Of a stretch of DNA of 64,000 bases, positions 9,414 through 18,573 are shown piece by piece. Source of the stretch: Candidatus Bathyarchaeia archaeon (GTDB lineage: Archaea > Thermoproteota > CALKCG01 > B24); contig JAVZJD010000002.1 in assembly GCA_038870975.1 (NCBI GenBank), forward strand, positions 672,001 to 736,000, in the 5' to 3' direction. The position numbers were made by a program, and so were the translations under genes. Numbering within the stretch: the first letter of the stretch is position 1; every line of letters begins with the position of its first letter. The notes beneath the pieces are model-generated. The model saw nothing but the letters and a program-made list of their open reading frames with translations. It was not told the DNA's origin and ran no database searches.

Positions 9414-10563
9414 GACTTGCAAGTTTAAGCTCCAGCCCAACGATGAGCAAGCGATCGTTCTTGAGGATCTTTTTAAGACTTACTCAGAGATGGTTAAAGC
9501 GTGTTTGGATAGAGCTATACGTTTAAACGCAACCTCACGTAAGAAGCTCCATGAAGCAATTTATAAGGAGCTGAGGACGAAATATCCGAACCATCCATCT
9601 CATTACATCTATACGGCTATAACACAGGCTCTAAGCGTGTTCAAATCTTACAGGAGGCTCTCTAGGAGGAGGAAAGGAATTAATCCTCCAAGAATTGAAA
9701 AGCTGAACACGATCCTCTTGGACGATACCCACCTATTCTGGTTCAGCTGGGGAAGCATAAAGTTGGCTACGCATAAAGGACGCATCACAATTCCGTTCAA
9801 GGCTCATAAGCATTCAAGGAAGTTCATGCATTGGCAGGTTAAAGGCTCAAGGCTTGTAAGACTTGGTAATGAATACTATCTTCATGTCACTTTTAGAAAG
9901 ACGATTGAAGAGAAAGAGGCTGAAGGCGTACTGGGCATCGATGTTAACGAGAGAAGCATAGACCTGGCTGTCGTGAAGTCGAACAAGGTTAAGTTCATCA
10001 AGATAGATGTAAGCGAGGCGAAATACATCAGAGACAGGTACTTCAAGAAGAGGAGGAGCATTCAGAGCAAGGCTTCGGGGAAGACAAAAGCTAAGCTGCT
10101 AGCAAAGTATTCTGGAAGGGAAAAGCGGAGGGTAAACGACATACTCCATAGAGCAACGAAAATTATAGCCGGTATAATCGCCGAAGAAAACGTTAAACCT
10201 GTAATGGAGGGGCTCACTCACATCAGGGAAAGGATACGGTATGGCAGGAAGGTGAACAGAAGGCTCCACAGCATGCCGTTCAGAAAAATTCAGTTCTACA
10301 TCTCCTACAAGTCGATGGAGCTGGGCTTTAAGCCAGAAACCGTTAAAGCGGAGAACACCTCTAGGACGTGCCCGATGTGTGGCGAAATTAGTAAGCCGAA
10401 TGGGCATGTCTTCAAATGCAGAAAGTGCGGTTTCCAGGCAGATAGACACTTTGTCGCCGCATGGAATATAGCCGTGAAACTCCCAATGTGCCGTCCTTTA
10501 CCGTTGGCGGCGAAAGCCACCGATGAATTTAAAGAGGTGGAACGGATAGTTATAAAATGTTAA
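9382..10563 (+). CDS. tnpB: TnpB RNA-guided endonuclease family protein
   Basis: RuvC-I GIDVN, RuvC-II VMEGL, TSRTCPMCG...CRKCG zinc ribbon, RuvC-III ADRHFVAAWNI. Confidence 0.92.
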   Translation: MKVSGSLLLSETCKFKLQPNDEQAIVLEDLFKTYSEMVKACLDRAIRLNATSRKKLHEAIYKELRTKYPNHPSHYIYTAITQALSVFKSYRRLSRRRKGINPPRIEKLNTILLDDTHLFWFSWGSIKLATHKGRITIPFKAHKHSRKFMHWQVKGSRLVRLGNEYYLHVTFRKTIEEKEAEGVLGIDVNERSIDLAVVKSNKVKFIKIDVSEAKYIRDRYFKKRRSIQSKASGKTKAKLLAKYSGREKRRVNDILHRATKIIAGIIAEENVKPVMEGLTHIRERIRYGRKVNRRLHSMPFRKIQFYISYKSMELGFKPETVKAENTSRTCPMCGEISKPNGHVFKCRKCGFQADRHFVAAWNIAVKLPMCRPLPLAAKATDEFKEVERIVIKC

Positions 10564-10577
10564 CTATCCGACAACGG
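10486..10577 (+). ncRNA. Putative TnpB omega-RNA scaffold at the IS right end (5' limit uncertain)
   Basis: Stems GCCG/CGGC, CCACC/GGTGG, CGGATAGTTA/TAACTATCCG and CCGTTG/CAACGG, all conserved or covarying in the second copy. Confidence 0.65.
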
Positions 10578-11570
10578 TTATTTGATCCAATCAAGCGTGT
10601 TTATGACTATATCATGTCTTATGAAGGTTATCCCAGCCTTCAAATCCATCCAGTAGTCGCGTCTACTAAGGTATTTCACTACTTCATTATCTAAATAGTA
10701 TGATACACAGGGTTTGTCCGTTATAATCCTCTCGTAAGGCGAGGGACTGGTGTAATTCCAAGTGAAATATCCAACCAAACCCTTAATTCCGCAATTCCTC
10801 AAAGCTATGCATGCTTCTAGAGGCGCTTCACCCCAGTGAATCGTCGTAAAACTACTTAAAAGCTCTCTACCAGCAAACCTCTCTATCTCCTTAGTGACTA
10901 AGAGGTAGTCGTGCTTCATTTCACCGTATGTAGCGTTTTTATATGGAAGGTCTGGTTTTTCTTGAAGTGCGTGAAACGTCAGTCTTAACCAATCCCTATT
11001 TTCCAACCAATCGGACTTATACTTGCTCGGCATCTTAGATAAATCGAACCCCTCCGTTTGATAGAATATATTGAAGTGGATTTTTGCACCATATCTATCA
11101 TGCACATCCTTCCAGAAACTCAAAAACTCATTATCGAATATTGAACGGTATTTTTGAGCATTTAACGCTAGGTCTTTAAGAAAGATAATGTTATCGTCCA
11201 CTGAAACCCTATACCGTTTCACCGAGTTTTTATCCCATATAACCGTTACGGTATCGACACATTTGGGCTCACCATCCACTCCTCTAGCAAAAGCGACAAT
11301 CCTATTCTCTAAATTCTCCAATGTAACATGGCAAGTGAACGTATTACCATTAACCTCAGCCCTGTTCTCGTCCACCCAAACATTGCTATACCTCTCTGAG
11401 AGAACGCCTCTAACCGTTATTTCCAACCCTTCCGACGTCAATCTTCCATCATTCCTGTTCAGAATAGCTCCATCAATAGGCTCAACTATCCTAATCAACC
11501 ATAAACCACTAGGAATGCGGTTTGTCTTTCCTCGATATAAAACTTCGCAGTCAGTAGAACTTACGACCAT
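10578..11570 (-). pseudogene. 5' part of an IS-disrupted gene (Ig-like N-terminus + polysaccharide-deacetylase-like domain)
   Basis: RVSVDDNI, LTFHA, TTIHWGE motifs; ends exactly at the IS right end. Confidence 0.65.
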
Positions 11571-11729
11571 ACAGTCTTCTGAACTTCAACTTAACTTAAT
11601 CTTTCTCTGCAACTGTAAACTTATGACGCGTGAATACATGTAAGAGTACGTGGAATATGCAGACACGTCTACTGCTTCGAAGATTAAATTTAAGCTACTG
11701 TAGGTCGATAGTTAGTCGGAGGTGTTAGG

Positions 11730-11921
11730 TTGCCCGTTGTACACGTCTATATGTGGGCTGGAAGAAGCGAAGAAGTTAAGGAGAAGATTATAGAAGGCAT
11801 AACTAAAGTGTTTACAGACAACCTAGGCATACCGGCTGAAGCAGTTACAGTAGTGATACATGATATCCCCAGAGAAAACTGGGGGATGGCGGGTAAGCAG
11901 GCCTCGAAGACTAAGATTTAA
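11730..11921 (+). CDS. 4-oxalocrotonate tautomerase family protein
   Basis: Catalytic Pro after the start, GRSEEVK, ENWGMAG; 63 aa. Confidence 0.92.
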   Translation: MPVVHVYMWAGRSEEVKEKIIEGITKVFTDNLGIPAEAVTVVIHDIPRENWGMAGKQASKTKI

Positions 11922-11937
11922 CTATGAGTGATTATCC

Positions 11938-13356
11938 ATGAGTGGAGAGCATGCAACTATACCCGAAGGGCCTTTCCAACCGACTTGGGAATCGCTGAAA
12001 CAGTATAAGGTTCCAGAATGGTATCTCAATGCCAAATTTGGCATTTTCATACATTGGGGAGTTTACTCAGTACCAGCTTTTGAGAACGAGTGGTATCCTA
12101 GAAACATGTACATAAGGAATAGCTCAGCATATAAGTACCACTTGGAGAACTACGGGCCTCATGATAAATTCGGCTATAAAGACTTCATACCGTTGTTTAC
12201 AGCTGAGAGATGGGATCCGAAAGACTGGGCAAAGCTGTTTAAAGAGGCTGGGGCTAAGTACGTTGTAATCGTTGCAGAGCACCACGACGGATTCGCCATG
12301 TACGACTGTAGCTATACTAAGTGGTGTGCAACTAAAATGGGACCTAAGCGGGATGTAGTCGGTGAGCTTGCTGAAGCCGTAAGAGAGGAGGGGTTATTCT
12401 TTGGTGTCTCATATCACCGTGCAGAACACTGGTGGTTTTTCGAAGGGGGTATGGAGTTTGAGTCGGATGTTAGAGACCCGCGGTACTTCGACTTCTACGG
12501 ACCAGCACGTCCCCATAATACGCAACCAGATGAGGCGTTTTTAAACGACTGGTTTAAACGGGCCTGCGAACTCGTAGATAAGTATAGACCACAGGTGTTT
12601 TGGTTTGACTGGTGGATTGAACAACCAGCTTTTGAACCATACCTGCGTAAATTCGCCGCATACTATTACAATCGGGCGAGACAATGGGGTACTGACGTAG
12701 TGATAAACTATAAGCATAAGGCTTTCCCAGAGGGTGTTGCAGTGTTAGATGTTGAAAGGGGTAAACTTGACGATATACAGCCGTTGTTCTGGCAGACTGA
12801 TACATCAGTCTGTAGGAAGTCTTGGGGCTATATTAAAGACCATGAGTATAGAACTGTAAATTCCATTGTAGACGATTTAGTCGATATAGTGAGCAAAAAC
12901 GGGTGTCTACTTTTAAATATAGCTCCTAAACCCGACGGCACTATTCCAGAAGAGCAGAAGCAAATCTTAAAGAGTATTGGACAGTGGCTAAGTGTAAATG
13001 GAGAAGCAATATACGGCTCTAGACCTTGGAAAGTTTATGGAGAAGGACCTACTAGAGAAGTTGCCGGAGAATTTAAGGAGGAAGCATATTCACAATACAC
13101 TGGGAAAGATGTACGTTTTACAACTAAGGGTGATGTACTTTATGCTATTGCACTTGAATGGCCAGGCAATGAAGTTTTAATCCAGTCCCTTAGCACAAAC
13201 TTGAGGCTTTATAAATATAGAATTGAAAGCGTTCAGATGTTGGGACTCGGAGAGTCGTTGGAATGGATTCATGACGAACACGGCTTAAAAGTTAAAACAC
13301 CCAGTAGAAAACCCTGCGATTATGCTTTTACGTTTAAAATTCTAAAGAGGGTATAA
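11938..13356 (+). CDS. Alpha-L-fucosidase (GH29)
   Basis: AKFGIFIHWGVYSVP, AEHHDGF, WFDWW, VSKNGCLLLNI. Confidence 0.95.
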   Translation: MSGEHATIPEGPFQPTWESLKQYKVPEWYLNAKFGIFIHWGVYSVPAFENEWYPRNMYIRNSSAYKYHLENYGPHDKFGYKDFIPLFTAERWDPKDWAKLFKEAGAKYVVIVAEHHDGFAMYDCSYTKWCATKMGPKRDVVGELAEAVREEGLFFGVSYHRAEHWWFFEGGMEFESDVRDPRYFDFYGPARPHNTQPDEAFLNDWFKRACELVDKYRPQVFWFDWWIEQPAFEPYLRKFAAYYYNRARQWGTDVVINYKHKAFPEGVAVLDVERGKLDDIQPLFWQTDTSVCRKSWGYIKDHEYRTVNSIVDDLVDIVSKNGCLLLNIAPKPDGTIPEEQKQILKSIGQWLSVNGEAIYGSRPWKVYGEGPTREVAGEFKEEAYSQYTGKDVRFTTKGDVLYAIALEWPGNEVLIQSLSTNLRLYKYRIESVQMLGLGESLEWIHDEHGLKVKTPSRKPCDYAFTFKILKRV

Positions 13357-13387
13357 AGACATATATACTAATAGAGAAAAAAATTAT

Positions 13388-15409
13388 TTGGAGAAAATGT
13401 CAGGTGAACGTGTCGAAGAAGTTAAGATAACGGTACCAGTATTGGCTTTGGTTCTTTTATTGACAGCCCTTCTAACAATCATAGGGAACATATTCGTATA
13501 CTTCTTACCGTTTCCTTTCACATGCAATATGAATGCTGGAGACCTTATAGCAACCCCAGGTGTCGACATGTTAGGCATACCATTTATGACGACTCTAATA
13601 GTCGGAGCCCTAATGTACATACCTTCCGTGAGAAAATATCTGAGACCAGTAAATCTAATGCTTCTATACGTTGTGGCTTTAGCGTCATCGGCTTTTGCAA
13701 ACCAAGATTCTCCTTGGAGAGAGGCTTTTGAACCTGTTATTGCTAGGGTTGGTACCGACCCAGCTGTTATGGCTTATGTTCCTGAATTTGTATCTCCTCC
13801 TAGAGAGGCTGCTGAAGCTCTTATACGTGGAACTGGAAGCATAACCGCCATACCCTGGGGTCAACTCCTACCAGCAATAACATGGAGGTTTTTCACATTT
13901 GCATTCTTCGCAGGAATAAGCGTAGGATTGATCAGCATATTCAGAAGACAATGGATAGACGTTGAAAGACTAGCATATCCTCAGGTTGCAATAGCATACA
14001 GCGCTATAGTTGGAGTTGGAGAAGTTAGAAATCCAAAATGGGTTGGAAGAGCTGTATTTATCCTAGGCTTTATAATAGGGTTCGGCTTAGAACTGATAAG
14101 AGCCTTCATACTATTCTTCCCATGGTTCCCAGACATATACTCATGGCGCACTGGCACCTGCGGTCCAGGAGCCCACCAGTTATCGATTCCAGGTACTACG
14201 TGGCATTACGGAATAAGTAAACACACACCTCTTTACGCGCTTCTACTTTTAGCGCCACTACATTCCCTATTTAGTGTTGTATTCTGGGGTGTATTGTATG
14301 AAATTGCAAGTACGGCTGCTTGTACTCTAGGATTTTACACAGGATATATCGATATGGGCTACTGTGGTAAAAGCTGGTGTGGGCAAAATACTCCATATGC
14401 AGAACCCCCGCTAGCTTTTGGCTCTCTCATAGTCGGTGTTACACTTGGAGTTTTCGTCATGACTGTCTTCCACGAGAGGCATCACATTGTAATGACGTTA
14501 AAGGCGGCCTTCGGTGGGAGAGGTGGGGGAGGGCTTGAAGCTGAGGAGCCTATGTCCTATAGGACGGCTTGGCTGATATTTATAGGGTCGTTCATACTTG
14601 GAATCGTTGTCTACATGGTTGCTGGAATGAGCCTATGGGCTTCATTCATAGTTATACTTACTGGTGTTGTAACCTGGTTTACAACGAGTCAGCTCTGGGG
14701 TCGAATAGGTTTTTCAAACGAGCCGGGATACAATTTTGGTCCTGGATTTGCAAAAATCTTTCTATGGCCTACTGAATATGCATTACCTGTGACTCATACC
14801 GACCATGTTTTAGCCCATACGTATGTGTATGAGCTTGCATCCCACAGGCCTAGCGTGCCATGGTGTACGACTTTCTACACCGTCTTAGGGTCTTATAAAA
14901 TGGCTAATCTGATGAAGATCCATCCGAGAAACGTGATTAAAGTAGCCTCCATATCGTTAATAGTTGCAATGCTTGTAGCATGCATTATGAACGTGATTCT
15001 ACCAGGTGTATATGGAATGGGTAGGACAACGTGTTACACTACAACCAACCTCATGGGTAGGGTTAACCACATGTGGTCTGTGCCGTCGCCACGCCCAATG
15101 GTAGATATCGCTCCATGGGTAGCGGGTGGGTTTATATTCATGGTGATTATGAGCTTACTTCACGTCAGATTTCTATGGATGCCTGATCCAGTTATGAGTA
15201 TAATTGCCTGGGATTGGATTGGTGGACTTCATGGAACTTGGATGGTGGCACTTGTCTGTAGCATCATAAAGTGGCTTATACTAAGAATCGGGGGAAGCAA
15301 ACTATACGAAGAGAGGGCTGTACCATTTGTCGGAGGCTTTATACTCGGAGCTGCCCTAAATGCGTTGATAGCAGGAATAGGCGCATTTATAACTTATAGA
15401 CCAATATAA
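13388..15409 (+). CDS. Multi-pass membrane protein, DUF6785/OPT-like putative transporter
   Basis: FRRQWIDVERLAYP; C-terminal KWLILRIGGSKLYEERAVPFVGG; many hydrophobic segments. Confidence 0.7.
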   Translation: MEKMSGERVEEVKITVPVLALVLLLTALLTIIGNIFVYFLPFPFTCNMNAGDLIATPGVDMLGIPFMTTLIVGALMYIPSVRKYLRPVNLMLLYVVALASSAFANQDSPWREAFEPVIARVGTDPAVMAYVPEFVSPPREAAEALIRGTGSITAIPWGQLLPAITWRFFTFAFFAGISVGLISIFRRQWIDVERLAYPQVAIAYSAIVGVGEVRNPKWVGRAVFILGFIIGFGLELIRAFILFFPWFPDIYSWRTGTCGPGAHQLSIPGTTWHYGISKHTPLYALLLLAPLHSLFSVVFWGVLYEIASTAACTLGFYTGYIDMGYCGKSWCGQNTPYAEPPLAFGSLIVGVTLGVFVMTVFHERHHIVMTLKAAFGGRGGGGLEAEEPMSYRTAWLIFIGSFILGIVVYMVAGMSLWASFIVILTGVVTWFTTSQLWGRIGFSNEPGYNFGPGFAKIFLWPTEYALPVTHTDHVLAHTYVYELASHRPSVPWCTTFYTVLGSYKMANLMKIHPRNVIKVASISLIVAMLVACIMNVILPGVYGMGRTTCYTTTNLMGRVNHMWSVPSPRPMVDIAPWVAGGFIFMVIMSLLHVRFLWMPDPVMSIIAWDWIGGLHGTWMVALVCSIIKWLILRIGGSKLYEERAVPFVGGFILGAALNALIAGIGAFITYRPI

Positions 15410-15539
15410 AGAGGCTACCCATGTAAACCTCATAATCCCCCTTTATTTCCGTAAAACTGTATCGCTTAAACGTGAATCCATGGAGTTGTTAAGAGCGAAA
15501 TCAGCATCGTCATGGATGGCTTTGAATAGAAGTTGGAAA

Positions 15540-16589
15540 CTATGGGATTTTCACTAAGTCTAAGCTTTTGAATAGATGTTGCATATTGTATCTTTTAAGT
15601 GCCTGCCAAAGTATTGTACAGATAAGTTGGTCGTAAGTGAAGCCAGCGGCTCTCGCCGCTTCAGGTAGGCATGAGTGGGCTCTTGGATCCGGTATTAACC
15701 CCGGTAGTGGATTAACCTCCAACACGTGTGGTATACCATTTTCATCCAACCTCATATCTATCCTGCATACGTCGCGGCAATTGAGGACTTTGAAGGTCTT
15801 TACAGCAATATGTTTAATCTTCTCTTCAAGCCCTTTGGAAATGTTTGCAGGACACTGGAAGATATCTAGAGGTTTACTGGGTGTATCCCAAACCCATTTA
15901 GCTTCATATGAATATATTGGGTTGGCGCCGTTAGGTAACTTATCAACGAGTATCTCTACAATAGGTAGGACGACTGGATTCTCATTCCCTATTAAACCTA
16001 CTGTAAACTCTCTACCTGGTAGAAACTCTTCAACTAATGCTGGTTGTTTATACATTTCCATGATCCAGGAGACTTTCTTTCTTAAGGAGACTTCATCTTT
16101 GACTAGAGAATCGTTTCTAATGCCTTTGCTGGAACCTTCTGCTAACGGCTTCACTATTAGTGGAAACTTAAGATTCTTACGTAACTTGTCATTTGCTTTT
16201 TCAAAAACTTGAAAGTTTGTAGAGGGTATACCACTGGCCTTTAGAATACGATTGGTTAAAGCTTTATTCAACGCTATGGCTAAAGTCGACGGACCAGACC
16301 CAGTATAGGGTATGTTCAGCATCTCAAGCATGGTTGGAATGTGGGATTCGCGGCTTTCTCCACGTAAACCTTCGGCTATGTTGAACACTATGTCAGGTTT
16401 CAGAGTTTTTAGTTTGATGTAGGCTTCTTCATCCGCTTCAATCCTAGTAACATCACATCCACCTCTTTCTAAGGCTTCAGCTATGGCTGATACAGTAGTC
16501 TCCTCATCGAATTCAGCGTAAAAGTCTTCAGGCAGCCCTGGAGGAGCTTCTCTCCTTAGATTATACGTTAATCCTACTCTGAGCACCAT
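15540..16589 (-). CDS. ATP-grasp ligase, D-Ala-D-Ala ligase-like
   Basis: PYTGSGP, VKPLAEGSSKG, EEFLPGREFTVG, LEVNPLPG. Confidence 0.9.
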   Translation of the reverse strand: MVLRVGLTYNLRREAPPGLPEDFYAEFDEETTVSAIAEALERGGCDVTRIEADEEAYIKLKTLKPDIVFNIAEGLRGESRESHIPTMLEMLNIPYTGSGPSTLAIALNKALTNRILKASGIPSTNFQVFEKANDKLRKNLKFPLIVKPLAEGSSKGIRNDSLVKDEVSLRKKVSWIMEMYKQPALVEEFLPGREFTVGLIGNENPVVLPIVEILVDKLPNGANPIYSYEAKWVWDTPSKPLDIFQCPANISKGLEEKIKHIAVKTFKVLNCRDVCRIDMRLDENGIPHVLEVNPLPGLIPDPRAHSCLPEAARAAGFTYDQLICTILWQALKRYNMQHLFKSLDLVKIP

Positions 16590-17667
16590 AGAGGGGCAAT
16601 CCCCTCGTAGGAGGTTCAGTTTCACGTGGTTGAGGGTAAACGTAAACCTTACCCTCGTAGTTTCTAAGCACAACTTTCTCATCGTCCATAGCGATTACAT
16701 AGTTCGGCTGCAGCGGTACTTTTCCTCCGCCACCCGGAGCATCTATAACATAGCGTGGCACAGCTAAACCAGACGTATAGCCTACCAAAGCCTCAATTAT
16801 CTTAAGCCCAGTTTCTACTCTAGTTCTAAAGTGGTAGGTGCCTTTAACAAGATCCATTTGGAATAGGTAGTATGGTCTAACGCGTATTTTTAGGAGTTTT
16901 TGAACGAGCTTCTTCATAACCTCTGGGTCATCGTTAACTCCTCTCAGGAGGACAGACTGATTCCCTAGAGGGATCCCGGCATCTGCAAGAAGTCCGCAGG
17001 CTCTTTCACTCTCCTCTGTTATTTCATGTGGATGATTGAAGTGGACGTTTACGTAAACCGGGTGATACTTTTTAATTATGTTGCATAGCTTCGGCGTAAT
17101 TCTCTGTGGGAAGGTGCATGGAACTCTAGAGCCTATTCTCAGTATTTCGACGTGTGGAATAGCCCTGAGCTTCTTAAGTAGGAATTCTATTTTATCGTCA
17201 GGCAAAAGTAGCGGATCACCGCCTGAGAGTAAAACGTCTCTAATAGAGGGGTTGTTTCTGACGTATTCTATATGCTTCAAGTACAAGTCTGTAGAGGGGT
17301 TAAGTATAGACTTGCCGACCATTCTTTTCCTAGTGCAGAATCTACAGTAAGTTGCACACTGCTCAGAGATGCACATGAGGACCCGGTCGGGGTATCTATG
17401 TACGAGACCAGGTATTGGACTATCGACTTCTTCATTTAACGGGTCTTCAACACCATATTCGTCTTGAAGTTCCAGTGGGCTTGGAACACACTGCTTCCAT
17501 ATTGGATCGTCAACTTCTTCTATAAGATTGAAGTAGTGCTTCGATATTTTCATCGGGTATTTCGCTACAACCGCCTCCAAAGGCTCTATATCGATTTTAA
17601 ACCTGCTTAGAAGCTGTTTTGGATGAGTTATACATTCCGAAAGAAGCCGCTTCCACTCCTCCACCAT
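16561..17667 (-). CDS. kamA: KamA family radical SAM aminomutase (lysine 2,3-aminomutase-like)
   Basis: HRYPDRV, CATYCRFCTR, LLSGGDP, YVIDAPGGGGKVP (PLP lysine). Confidence 0.9.
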   Translation of the reverse strand: MVEEWKRLLSECITHPKQLLSRFKIDIEPLEAVVAKYPMKISKHYFNLIEEVDDPIWKQCVPSPLELQDEYGVEDPLNEEVDSPIPGLVHRYPDRVLMCISEQCATYCRFCTRKRMVGKSILNPSTDLYLKHIEYVRNNPSIRDVLLSGGDPLLLPDDKIEFLLKKLRAIPHVEILRIGSRVPCTFPQRITPKLCNIIKKYHPVYVNVHFNHPHEITEESERACGLLADAGIPLGNQSVLLRGVNDDPEVMKKLVQKLLKIRVRPYYLFQMDLVKGTYHFRTRVETGLKIIEALVGYTSGLAVPRYVIDAPGGGGKVPLQPNYVIAMDDEKVVLRNYEGKVYVYPQPRETEPPTRGLPLYGAQSRINV

Positions 17668-17882
17668 CTACTTATGCGCCTCTATGTTTCAGAGAAACAC
17701 GAAAACTAAAGCTATATTTAAGTCTTTTTACTAAGATGTTAGTAAAAAAGCTTAGAACATTTACTCTAAAAACGTAAACTTTGACCTACGGAATCTATCT
17801 TCTACTCAATATATGGTGGAGTTAAACAGCTGGAAAGAGTAGATTTATATTCAGATGTAGATATTTCTGTCTTGGTGTCGCT

Positions 17883-18530
17883 ATGAGCAAACAGGAGGTT
17901 TTGGCCAGACTTAGGGATGCTATTGTAAACCTGGATATTGATGGTATTAAGAAGGCTGCTAAAGAGGCTATTGAAGTGGGTTTGACGCCTTACGAGGCTA
18001 TTATGGAGGGTATGGCTAAGGGTATGGAGATTGTCGGTCAGAAGTATGAGGCTGGTGAATACTTCTTAGCCGAGCTTATTATGGCTGGTGAGACGATGAA
18101 AGAGGGCTTATCCGTCTTAGAGCCGTATATGAAGGCTGGAGAATTAAAGCACATAGGTAGAGTCGTCATAGGAACTGTGGAAGGCGACCTACACGATATA
18201 GGTAAAAACGTTGTGATAACGCTTTTAACGGCTTCAGGCTTTGAAGTCATAGATTTAGGCGTAGACGTACCAGCGGAGAAATTTGTAGAAGCAGTTAAAC
18301 AGTATAAGCCAGACATAGTGGCAATGTCTGCACTACTAACTACGACGATGGTGAACATGGAGAAGATCATAAAAGCCCTCAAAGACGCAGGACTGAGAGA
18401 TAAAGTTAAAGTGATAGTCGGAGGGGCACCGCTAACAGAAGAATACGCTAGGCAGATAGGTGCAGACGCATATGGAAGAGATGCGGTAGAAGGGGTAAAT
18501 ATCTGCAAAAAATGGGTGTCCAAGAAGTAG
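17883..18530 (+). CDS. Methyltransferase corrinoid (B12-binding) protein
   Basis: GTVEGDLHDIGKN, SALLTTTM, VGGAP. Confidence 0.95.
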   Translation: MSKQEVLARLRDAIVNLDIDGIKKAAKEAIEVGLTPYEAIMEGMAKGMEIVGQKYEAGEYFLAELIMAGETMKEGLSVLEPYMKAGELKHIGRVVIGTVEGDLHDIGKNVVITLLTASGFEVIDLGVDVPAEKFVEAVKQYKPDIVAMSALLTTTMVNMEKIIKALKDAGLRDKVKVIVGGAPLTEEYARQIGADAYGRDAVEGVNICKKWVSKK

Positions 18531-18573
18531 CAGTCAATACTTTTTATTTTTATGGAAAGATAAATGGATTTTT

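Larger units (their letters stand above)
8733..10577 (+). mobile_element. IS607-family insertion sequence (tnpA + tnpB)
   Basis: Serine recombinase plus TnpB; GG at both ends (8733-8734, 10576-10577); no terminal inverted repeats; TAAC repeats at the left end; both ends match the 41.3-41.6 kb derivative. Confidence 0.92.
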
